NCBI GenBank assembly: GCA_048128005.1
Contig: JBEUKZ010000060.1
Span: forward strand, 434,001-498,000
Length of the DNA stretch: 64,000 nucleotides
Direction of reading: 5' to 3'
Source: Veleropilina oligotropha
Taxonomy: Eukaryota
Shown: positions 38,118 to 47,246 of the stretch, in pieces
Numbering within the stretch: position 1 is the stretch's first letter
Layout: each line of letters begins with the position of its first letter
Notes under the pieces: model-generated
What the model saw: the letters and a program-made list of their open reading frames with translations, nothing else
Told to the model about the DNA's origin: nothing
Database searches by the model: none
Made by a program: the position numbers and the translations under genes

Positions 38118-40191
38118 GGTTGCCGGCGCTCGCGACGAGCTCAGTTGCACGCTTCCGCTGGTGGGAGCGTGTCTGTTAGAGTACAGCCTGTCCTGGCTGG
38201 AAATGACAGAGGACAACTGGGTTCACTCAGTCGTTAGTGCCGGATACAAGTTGGCATTCGACCGGCATCCAACCCTAGACGCGACACCACCACCAGGACG
38301 CGCTCGTCTCCTCATAGGAGAAAAACAAACCGTCCTAGACCAGGCAGTGCGGGATTTACTCTCAAAGAGAGCGATCTATCCCGCGCCGCCCAGCACACCA
38401 GGATATTACAGCCACTTTTTCCTGGTCCCGAAACCCGACGGCCGTTGGCGACCGATCCTCGATCTGTCGTTCCTCAACCAGTATCTTCGTACCGAGAAGT
38501 TCAAGCAAGAAACACTCTCGAAGATACGAACGGCCATCCGTCCGGGCGACTGGGCAGCGTCTATCGACTTAACCGATGCGTACCTACACGTTCCGATGCA
38601 TGTCTCGGCTCACCGGTACCTACGGTTTGTTCACGGGGGAACGATCTACCAATTCAGGTGTCTACCGTTCGGTCTATCGTCAGCCCCGTACGTCTTCACG
38701 CGAGTAGTACAGGCTCTCGGGGCCTTCCTACACTCGCGAGGGCACAGAGTACACATGTACCTCGACGACTGGTTGATTCTCGGGGCGTCCCGGGATCAGT
38801 GCCTCCAGTCTATGAGCGTTACCCTGTCATCGGCGAAGCGCCTGGGATTACAGATCAACAACGACAAATCCTGCTTCGTGCCCTCGACGACGTTTATATT
38901 TCTTGGGGTCGAATTCGACACGGTCCGGTACACCGCGAAACCGACTCAGAAACGTATAGAGAACCTACGCGCAGTTATACTAGAAACAAAGTCTTCACGG
39001 ATAACTACAGCGCGACGACTGGCCACTGTCCTAGGGCACATCGAGTCGGTAGCTCCCCTGTTACCGACGGGTCGCATGGACAAACGACCGTTGCAGCAGG
39101 CCTTCAAGGACCGCTGGATACAACGTACGGGACAGTGGACGGATCGCATCGATCTACGGCATTGGTTCAATCGCACGACAGCAGTGTGGTTGAACACTTC
39201 CCTGCCGAGCCAGTCGGTTCCAATATCCCCCCCAGAACCGAACGCCTACCTCTTCACGGACGCGTCAAACGAGGGCTGGGGAGGTCACTTCGACAGTCAC
39301 GAGACATCGGGCCTCTGGCCTACGGACCTTCAGGGACGACACATCAACTTCCTAGAGTTAGAAGCCGTCTACCTGTCAGTACAGTCCCTCTCGTCACATC
39401 TCCGAAACAAGCACATAATGCTAGCAACGGACAACACGACTGTCGTCGCTTACATCCAGCACCAGGGCGGCACTCGCTCCCGTCCGCTTTGCGACCGAGC
39501 GATAGACCTGCACCGCCTAGTGATGTCACTCAACTCGTCAATTCGAGCCCGACACATCCCGGGGAAGCTGAATGTCAGAGCGGATACGCTCTCTCGGAAA
39601 ACACAGATTATACACACAGAGTGGACGCTACACGCCCGTGTAGCCCGAGATGTCTGTCGCCTGTGGTCGACGCCTCAAGTCGATTTATTCGCAACCGAAT
39701 TCAATCACCGACTCCCTCTCTATGTGTCTCCTTACCCGGACCCGGCCGCTATTGCGGTCGACGCTCTGTCAATGAGATGGGAGAATCTGATCGCCTACGC
39801 CTTCCCACCGTCGTGCATGTTGGCACAAGTACTACGGAAAGCGACCCGCGAAGACTGCGAGTTGACGCTAATAGCACCTCTACAACGAACGCAGTCCTGG
39901 TTTCCGACACTTCTGGATCTACTCATCTTTCAGCCGCGAGCGCTACCGCAGATGGCAGACTTGTTGTCTCAACCGCGCAGTCGGGTTCTACACCCGTCGG
40001 CGAACGAGTTTCACTTTCACGCCTGGCGACTATCGAGAGATCGCTCATCAAGAAAGGCTTTTCTAGAGCGACAGCCCAGCGCATTTACCGATCTAGAAGA
40101 CAATCTACAACAAGGGTATATGACTACCGATGGAAAAAGTTTGTGGATTGGTGTCGCGGGCGGCAAGTCAATATATTCCGCCCCCCTGTGA
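37804..40191 (+). CDS. DIRS pol RT/RNase H/methyltransferase-like (copy 2)
   Basis: Same motifs as copy 1; 795-aa open frame. Confidence 0.95.
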   Translation: MTPPGSLYVVYRCRPLLSSETNSPNLSRSERLTSRIAQSRRQSWLLLGARRLLPLGSARDRPGLIRLPSVLNLPRVGLLRPTNLPRRKHLRRNPVRAGEGSRGPRVAGARDELSCTLPLVGACLLEYSLSWLEMTEDNWVHSVVSAGYKLAFDRHPTLDATPPPGRARLLIGEKQTVLDQAVRDLLSKRAIYPAPPSTPGYYSHFFLVPKPDGRWRPILDLSFLNQYLRTEKFKQETLSKIRTAIRPGDWAASIDLTDAYLHVPMHVSAHRYLRFVHGGTIYQFRCLPFGLSSAPYVFTRVVQALGAFLHSRGHRVHMYLDDWLILGASRDQCLQSMSVTLSSAKRLGLQINNDKSCFVPSTTFIFLGVEFDTVRYTAKPTQKRIENLRAVILETKSSRITTARRLATVLGHIESVAPLLPTGRMDKRPLQQAFKDRWIQRTGQWTDRIDLRHWFNRTTAVWLNTSLPSQSVPISPPEPNAYLFTDASNEGWGGHFDSHETSGLWPTDLQGRHINFLELEAVYLSVQSLSSHLRNKHIMLATDNTTVVAYIQHQGGTRSRPLCDRAIDLHRLVMSLNSSIRARHIPGKLNVRADTLSRKTQIIHTEWTLHARVARDVCRLWSTPQVDLFATEFNHRLPLYVSPYPDPAAIAVDALSMRWENLIAYAFPPSCMLAQVLRKATREDCELTLIAPLQRTQSWFPTLLDLLIFQPRALPQMADLLSQPRSRVLHPSANEFHFHAWRLSRDRSSRKAFLERQPSAFTDLEDNLQQGYMTTDGKSLWIGVAGGKSIYSAPL

Positions 40192-41105
40192 CCAAATTTA
40201 TCGAGTTCTTATCGTCGTTGCTAGAACGGGGAATGTCAATTTCCGCAGTCAAAGGCTACCGTTCATGCGTAGCTACAACGTTACGGCAATGCCGCGAGCA
40301 CACCCGCTTGTCTACCGACAAAACTATATCGGACTTCATACGCTCCTATCAACTCGAACGGCCCATTCAGCGAGTGCGACCGCCCGCTTGGAATGTTTTG
40401 TTAGTTCTCAATGCTTTACTTAGATGCCCGTACGAGCCTATGAGTGAGTGTTCCCTCAAAAATCTTACTTATAAGACCGTATTTCTTACCGCGCTCGCCA
40501 CCGGTAACAGGGCATCGGAGATACACGCTTTATCCGGAGAGCTTCGAGACATACACTTCCACACCGATGGGTCGGTGACGCTGCGTACTGTCCTTGGCTT
40601 CCTAGCGAAGACACAACGACCTGATGATATCAGTCCCGAGGTTTGTATTCGTAACCTCTCCATGCTGGATAGAAATGATATCGACCGCCTCAACTGCCCG
40701 GTCCGCGCGTTGAGATTCTACCTGGATAAGACCCGAGACCTACGGCACGGTAAAAAGCGTTTATTCGTTAGCCATATGCCTCAATTCCACCGCGACATTC
40801 GCAAATCGACTGTTTCACGTTGGATTGTCTCTGTTGTTAAGGAGATTTACTCCCGGTCACATGAGCCAGAACGAGATCTCGTTTCAATTCACGCGCACGA
40901 GACACGTGCAGTAGCCACTTCGTTAGCCTTCAAATATAATTTGAATATCAATGAAATCTTGAAGGCTTGTTACTGGAAGAACGCAAATACCTTTGTTCGC
41001 TTTTACCTGCATGATTATGCGACCACGGCTGAGGGTGAACATCGGATTTCCTTTGTGGCGGCAGGACAACAATGTATCACGGGATCTGGGTCATCCCGAC
41101 AGTGA
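38445..41105 (+). CDS. DIRS tyrosine recombinase ORF (copy 2)
   Basis: R-K-HxxR-W-Y residues intact; the upstream in-frame extension is broken by TAG at 38235-38237. Confidence 0.9.
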   Translation: MATDPRSVVPQPVSSYREVQARNTLEDTNGHPSGRLGSVYRLNRCVPTRSDACLGSPVPTVCSRGNDLPIQVSTVRSIVSPVRLHASSTGSRGLPTLARAQSTHVPRRLVDSRGVPGSVPPVYERYPVIGEAPGITDQQRQILLRALDDVYISWGRIRHGPVHRETDSETYREPTRSYTRNKVFTDNYSATTGHCPRAHRVGSSPVTDGSHGQTTVAAGLQGPLDTTYGTVDGSHRSTALVQSHDSSVVEHFPAEPVGSNIPPRTERLPLHGRVKRGLGRSLRQSRDIGPLAYGPSGTTHQLPRVRSRLPVSTVPLVTSPKQAHNASNGQHDCRRLHPAPGRHSLPSALRPSDRPAPPSDVTQLVNSSPTHPGEAECQSGYALSENTDYTHRVDATRPCSPRCLSPVVDASSRFIRNRIQSPTPSLCVSLPGPGRYCGRRSVNEMGESDRLRLPTVVHVGTSTTESDPRRLRVDANSTSTTNAVLVSDTSGSTHLSAASATADGRLVVSTAQSGSTPVGERVSLSRLATIERSLIKKGFSRATAQRIYRSRRQSTTRVYDYRWKKFVDWCRGRQVNIFRPPVTKFIEFLSSLLERGMSISAVKGYRSCVATTLRQCREHTRLSTDKTISDFIRSYQLERPIQRVRPPAWNVLLVLNALLRCPYEPMSECSLKNLTYKTVFLTALATGNRASEIHALSGELRDIHFHTDGSVTLRTVLGFLAKTQRPDDISPEVCIRNLSMLDRNDIDRLNCPVRALRFYLDKTRDLRHGKKRLFVSHMPQFHRDIRKSTVSRWIVSVVKEIYSRSHEPERDLVSIHAHETRAVATSLAFKYNLNINEILKACYWKNANTFVRFYLHDYATTAEGEHRISFVAAGQQCITGSGSSRQ

Positions 41106-41531
41106 TTGGTTTTAGGAATTTTACCAGACACTGAGGTAATATAATGTAATTCTATTTGTGTACATTGAATTCACCATTAGAATTTACTCCAATGTATTTC
41201 TTTCTTAAACTGATTAAGAAATTGAAATTATTATTCATACTGTGTTAATATGAAGCAATGCCCACATTGGATGTAGACATTTATATTATTAAATCTTAAA
41301 AATGTTTTTTGGTAAATAATATTATTTTAAAATGTTCTACTGCTGTCTCAGAACATTTCAATGTGCGTACATTGAAAAATTTTATTATTATTCTCTGCTA
41401 AAAATTATTTAAGTAACATGTATCATGTTGACATTTTGCAAGTTGGACATGCAAAAGTTTATTATTCAAGATGAAGTTATTGAAATTTTCTTCAATCTAT
41501 TGATAATTGTCACGGTTTTATAACACTATCT

Positions 41532-41838
41532 ACCTGCCTAGGTTCGGGTGCTTCTAAAAACCACGTCTTGCAGTTTTCTGTCTGCCGACCTTTGAGTCCG
41601 GAATATTCAGAATACTGTTTTGCTCATGACACGAGTGCCTCAAGGTATACCTTCCGCCGGTGTCCGGAGCTACATGCACTTTCGTGTTACCTGTCCGACT
41701 AACATCCCTGGCGTGTTTTCCCAGATTTCTTGGTCGAAATCTCACCTCGGGGTAAGGGTAGATTTGATGCTCAGTAAAATCCACTCTGAACGGACTCGAT
41801 CTCAACGCTAAAGCGTCGTCTTCTGGTAACAAGTAAGT
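41532..41838 (+). ncRNA. Putative conserved structured RNA element in the DIRS 3' region (homologues at 10100-10406 minus and 54959-55264 plus)
   Basis: Conserved blocks between families A and B inside otherwise poorly alignable AT-rich sequence; several compensatory base-pair changes seen by eye. Confidence 0.6.
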
Positions 41839-42537
41839 TTTAATTTTGGTGTATGGAACTTATAACTCCGCCAACCAAAGTTATTCTTGGCATTAGTAAG
41901 GACGTAAGTATATTTGATATAGATATGAGGATTAAGAGTAATCCCTTGTATCTATAATAATATACTTACGTCCTTACCCACTTGGCCCACCCTGCTTCGC
42001 ACCTCCCCTCTTATATAAGTTCTTTGTCTTGGGGTTTGCAGAAACTTCGGATGAGGTCTTGACCCTTGGGTCAAGAAGATCTCGCGGGAGTTGGCGAGCT
42101 CTTACTGGACATGAACTGGAGGAGGTCGAGCAGGTCAGGGGGTCAGCTTGGTTCAATTTACTAAAAAGTGCAAATTACCATTTCCACCTTGTCCGGATTT
42201 AGCGATAATAGGCTTATTATGGCATTAGTAAGGACGTAAGTATATTATTATAGATACAAGGGATTACTCTTAATCCTCATATAATATGCGACATTAAACA
42301 TGTTCCCTGTTGCTAACGATCTATTTGACCAATTATGTCTCTTGAATGTATACATCGTCATTATATTAAGCTTATAGTGGTTTACACTTTATTAAAGATC
42401 AAAGAAACCATGATTGCATTAGTATAATAATTTTTTATAACGTAAGTACTCCGTTTTTGAAATCGTCAGTTATAACGACAATGATTCAAATTTAGTTGTG
42501 ATTACATAATTCGCTGCATTGTTGTTGTCGCATATTC

Positions 42538-42790
42538 GGTCACTCCGACAGTCGTGTGATTTCCGTTTCAGACTCCGAATAATCTCTGGCTTGCTTCCGC
42601 TGACGTGAACAGCAGTGAATTCGAACCTCGGTCGGGACATGACATTATTTGTTCAAGTTATGAATCACAGTGTATACGTAACTGGTCGGAGAGGGCGAGC
42701 GACCGGTCTTTCCTCCTTCGTTAATATGGACATGTCCTGCTTGGAACTTAATGGTTGAAAATATACAGGACATTAAGCATCTATCCTTTC
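42538..42790 (+). mobile_element. Diverged SINE abutting the acceptor of exon 42798
   Basis: Shares family blocks through to aaatatacaggacattaagcat. Confidence 0.8.
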
Positions 42791-42797
42791 CTTTCAG

Positions 42798-42992
42798 ATA
42801 TGTACCTCGGCAGCATGTGTCAAGGCCAGTGCATTCATCCTGGAGCGGATGAACCAGTCGGCGGATCCCTGTTCAAACTTCTACAACTACGTCTGCGGTG
42901 GATGGGCAGCCAACACAGTGATACCACCCGACAAGCCTAATTATGGCTCCTTCGTCAAGGTCTACAAGCACAACCAGGCCATACTGAAAAAG
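42798..42992 (+). CDS. M13 metallopeptidase exon (ICTSAACV...DPCSNFYNYVCGGW...ILKK)
   Basis: Diagnostic M13 N-terminal cysteine motifs; AG/GT boundaries; 65 codons. Confidence 0.95.
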
Positions 42993-43923
42993 GTATAAAT
43001 GGTACAGGATACTGGATCGCCTATATGCACCTGGTCATACTGAAATGGGTAAACACGCAACCAGGCCGCAAACTCACAACCCTGACATATACTGAGATGA
43101 AGTAATCATATTCTAAACCAAATGAATTATTCAAAAGATATTAATATACCCTTTTACGGGACGTATTATGTTTGCGTCCTCGTTGGGCAGACTGATATAT
43201 AATTTGTCTGATCAATAACTCGAGTAAATTTCATCCAATCTTGAGCCAGAGTTATCACCCTTGAATTATGTAAAATTAGCTTATTCATGCAATAATTCAA
43301 GCAATTTTCAAAGCCCGTTTGCGGGGCGTAATGTATTTTCACCCATATTTGGCGGGCAATAGAAGTTATCAGATCAATTACTCAAGTAATTATCATTTAA
43401 ACTTGGTAAAGATGTTTGTAGCGATAAGACCTAGGCCAAGGTCGATGACCAGCGTCATCAGACTGTTTGAACCAATAACTCGAACAAATTTCGTTCATTT
43501 TCCCCCATACATGTTCACGATGTTTGTGACAATAAGACCACAGTGATGGCCCTCGAATTATGTATAAATGGACATGAAGTTATGGTGCTTGAATCGTTAA
43601 AAATCAAAATGTCCGCTCGTAACTTCAACATTTTTCATCCATTCTTCCTTGAATTATATAAAATGGGCGATTGATGGCTCTAGCAATTTTGTCCATTTAT
43701 CACCAAATTTATTCATGGAAAATGTTTCATTCCTTTAGTTAATATTTGGCTCATGACATCAGCAGAACATATATGACGAGCGTGCATTGTGAACCGGCTC
43801 TTTTGTTTAATTATTGTTGACAATTAGCCATTTATAATCAATATCCATATTTGGTGCAATAGGACGGGGCCACCATTTATTGGCGTCAGGCCTGTTTTCC
43901 TCTAAATATGTCTCTTCTTCCAG

Positions 43924-44052
43924 TTGCTGGACACTCCGAATGTCATGTATATGGGTCAGTACTCCGAGGCGATCCATCAGGCGAAAAGCTATTACAAGAG
44001 CTGCATGAATGAGACAACTGTAGATGACATGGGGTCCCGTCCAGTGCAGGAG
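43924..44052 (+). CDS. M13 metallopeptidase exon (LLDTP...AKSYYKSCMNE...PVQE)
   Basis: KxYYxSCM motif; cag/gt boundaries; phase 0-0. Confidence 0.93.
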
Positions 44053-44694
44053 GTGATTTTTAGCTTCATAGTAGACATCGATAGATTGGTCCCACCTTGT
44101 ACAGGCATTAAATAATAGATAATAAACTGCTACGCTGTCGCTCGAGGCGTTATGTGGATATCGAAGAGGGATGTTAGTGTATTAGACACCATAAAATTCT
44201 GTTGTAAATTGCAAGCTGTAACCCCAACCCTGAAATTTCCCATGTCACCCCATGGGCTCGATATGAAACACTCTATCAAGCTATCCGATATCAAGCACAA
44301 GCATATGGTATAGTCTGGTTAAGAGATAGTGGCAGATGGATCTGGTCCTATGCTGCAGGTATGAATTATGGCATTGGTACCAGAAGTTTGTGATTTGTTT
44401 CTAAGGTCGCTTGAAACGGAATAATCTCATGCGTACTTCTGGTGACTCAGTTGAGCAGAATGGTCAATTTTTGCTGGAGTATAAGTCGACATGTTACATA
44501 ATCGAAAGCATGCTGGAACTTAAATATAATATAAATAAATATATTCTATTAAATAGATATTAATCTGGCATGATTTTAAAATTTCTTTCTCAAAAGTAGT
44601 CCAATGTAAATTTACTAGTAGACAATAAATTTTGGTTTCTCCAAAATGTGACCCGAAAACAGATGGTAACTGTTGCGGATTGTTTTAATTGTAG

Positions 44695-44871
44695 CTCATT
44701 AAAGATTTGGGATCCTGGACATTAACCCAAGATGACGTGAGCGGGACGTGGTCAGAGAACTCGTCGGACTTCATGAACACACTGGTCAAGACTCACCAGC
44801 TGAAATGGTCAGCGCTGTTTACTATGTCAGTGGAGGTGGATGACAAGAACAGCTCAGCTAATATAATAACG
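44695..44871 (+). CDS. M13 metallopeptidase exon (LIKDLGSW...VDDKNSS..IIT)
   Basis: LGxW and DxKNSS motifs; tag/gtcagt boundaries. Confidence 0.93.
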
Positions 44872-44992
44872 GTCAGTATATGGGTAATATTCATTAAAAG
44901 AGTATATTATAATGATCCTCATTCGTTTGCATTGGTTGCTTAATTGATATACATCATAATAACTGGACACTTTGCTAATTATAGACATCTCA

Positions 44993-45180
44993 GACAGTCG
45001 TGTGGATTCGGCTGCAGATTCTGAAATCACTGGCTTCATTCCTCTGACACGAACTGTAGTAGTTTCGAATCTCGGCTGGGACATGGGCATTATTTGTTCA
45101 GTTATGAATCACAGTTGTCCGTAACCGGTTTGAGAGGGTGGGTTTCCTCGGGCGATTGGGCGGCTTTTCCTCCTGCGATA
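44993..45180 (+). mobile_element. Diverged SINE fragment
   Basis: cactggctt, ttcgaatctcggctgggaca and ttatgaatcacagttgtccg blocks. Confidence 0.7.
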
Positions 45181-45604
45181 ATTTTTGTATGTGATATTAA
45201 TCATCGCGTAATAACAAAGCAATTAAACCCTTTTGTGCAGGTACAATTACAGTATTGTACGTATGTACGTAAAATATTTAAAATTTTATCTCAATTTTGT
45301 TAGATCAACATATAATTTATTTAACCTTGCAAGACATGCACTTGTTATAAATTGTTTGTTGTACTGTACGTTATTTATAAATTTAATAAATTATACGTAT
45401 TTATTCTCGACTCTTTATCTGTGTGGATTTACAATGCGTTAATTACGTAACGACGTCTTCTGTCATGTGTCGCTATGAGAAATAATTTGTGTTGTATTCT
45501 ATTTGTTGTCCTAGATTTTTTTGGGGAAAAGCATAAGATTATTAGGTACATATCCAAAATACTTCAAATAATTGTACATTTTTCTTCGCATTTCTATATT
45601 TCAG

Positions 45605-45787
45605 TTTCAACAAGGCGGTCTTACCCTTTCCAGCTTTGAAGAATACTTGGGAAATGACACCGAGAAATATCATAGAGCTTTTATTCAGTTCATGAGCAAA
45701 TATGTTGAGCTGCTGGGAGGTGATGTTAAGCCAGATACAATGGACAAAGTGGAGGACGTTTACCAGTTTGAGAAATCTGTGGCGGCG
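45605..45787 (+). CDS. M13 metallopeptidase exon (FQQGGLTL...VYQFEKSVAA)
   Basis: QxGLxL and FExxxA motifs; cag/gtaaga boundaries. Confidence 0.93.
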
Positions 45788-46089
45788 GTAAGATAAACCC
45801 CTAGCTCACCCTGTGGTCGGTAACGGCAAGCTAGATAATACAGCAGGTGCACCGGTAACGAAGAGGATAGGAACTCCGAATTCACTCGCTCTGATTAACA
45901 GTGAAATCCTCGACGGGCACTTGGTTCATAATTGGCCGGTGAAGCTTATAAGGCTGGTTATCTTCCGCGATAGTATCGACATGTCCTCGTATATGACCAC
46001 GAAGGGTGTCAAAAATGGGAAAGCCCTGATCCAAATCAAACCACTGATGAGGTGCTACACTCCCTCGATCGATGCTTACTGTCTTGTAT

Positions 46090-46310
46090 ATTTACAAACT
46101 TCAGGTTCAAGGCATGACATGTCCATATTATCACGGGAGGAAATCTCGGTCGTCCGGGGAGACCCGCCCGCTCCGACCAGTAACGGACTACTGTGATTGA
46201 AAACAGAACAAAGAATGTTAATGCCCGAGATTCGAACTCAATCTAATTGGTCAGAGCAGTCAAGCCGGTGATTTCAGAGTCGACACCACACGGCTACTGG
46301 AGCGCCCGAC
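46090..46310 (-). mobile_element. Diverged SINE fragment
   Basis: Reverse complement of family blocks (ggttcaaggcatgacatgtcc, gattcgaac, caagccggtgattt). Confidence 0.65.
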
Positions 46311-46747
46311 CACAGGAGAGTAATACAACATACTCGACCTGGAGACGACATTTAGCATGCAATTACTCTGATTCTGTTATGAATCTGGTCTTTTTGCTCT
46401 TGACTGACCACTTATGACGTAATAATGTAGTTATAATAATGTTGTCAATTGTATATTCGAACAATAGTCTGGGATACTACTATGCTTGTTCGTATATCCA
46501 TGTGAACGATGTTCTTTGAATTATGTATAATTGACAATTCTGTACGATAACACAAGCAATTTTCATCCATTCGTCACCAATAATAGTAATGATTTTTGTG
46601 ACAATAAGATCTGAGACAAGCTCGATATGACCATTGAATTGATTAAATTTGCGACGTGCAGCCGTTGGTAGGATACATTCCTTCGGGTTTTGGTCTCGTT
46701 GATTTGCTTGTTATGGTTCAAATATATATACATCTTTATTCTCATAG

Positions 46748-46837
46748 ATTCACACCGCCAAAGAAAAAATGATAAACCCCGAGGACACTTACCATAAGAT
46801 GACCGTGGCTCAGCTGCAGAATCTAACTGGAGACTTT
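46748..46837 (+). CDS. M13 metallopeptidase exon (IHTAKEKMINPEDTYHKMTVAQLQNLTGDF)
   Basis: YxKMTxxxLQ motif; tag/gtaagt boundaries; 30 codons. Confidence 0.92.
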
Positions 46838-47246
46838 GTAAGTCAGCTGCTTCATATTATGCTCAAACTTTCTTTTCTGTCAATTCGCAAAGTCTAATAT
46901 GTATGCCCCGTGAAAGGTGAATGATGCTTCAATAAGAGAAATACAGAGATACTGACAATTGTAAATTAACAATATTCATTACAACAGTTCATGTGATATT
47001 TAACCCTTTCAACCCTGGGCCTTGACCACATTTCTCCTGACCCTGAGGATGCTATTTATAATAAGATGGCCGTACACTTTCAGCAGGATAAGCTGTTACT
47101 AGCCAGTAACTACAACAAATGATGATCTAGAGAGCATAAGTGAGAGTTTTTCCTGTGATTCCATTGCGATGCTAACATTACATAAGGCTTTATTTTCCTC
47201 AATACTAACTGGATAACATATAATTTATCATAACAATTGTGTCCTG

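Larger units (their letters stand above)
34883..42282 (+). mobile_element. DIRS1-type retrotransposon, family A copy 2 (gag frameshifted)
   Basis: ITRs ~34883-35099 and ~42042-42282; ICR ~41889-41977; near-identical to copy 1; ATAT at both ends. Confidence 0.97.

Noticed and set aside
41693..41740. Group I intron or hammerhead assignment for the structured region
   Set aside because: No J8/7 AAGAUA or P4-P6 pattern, and no CUGANGA on either strand; a GAAA alone is insufficient.
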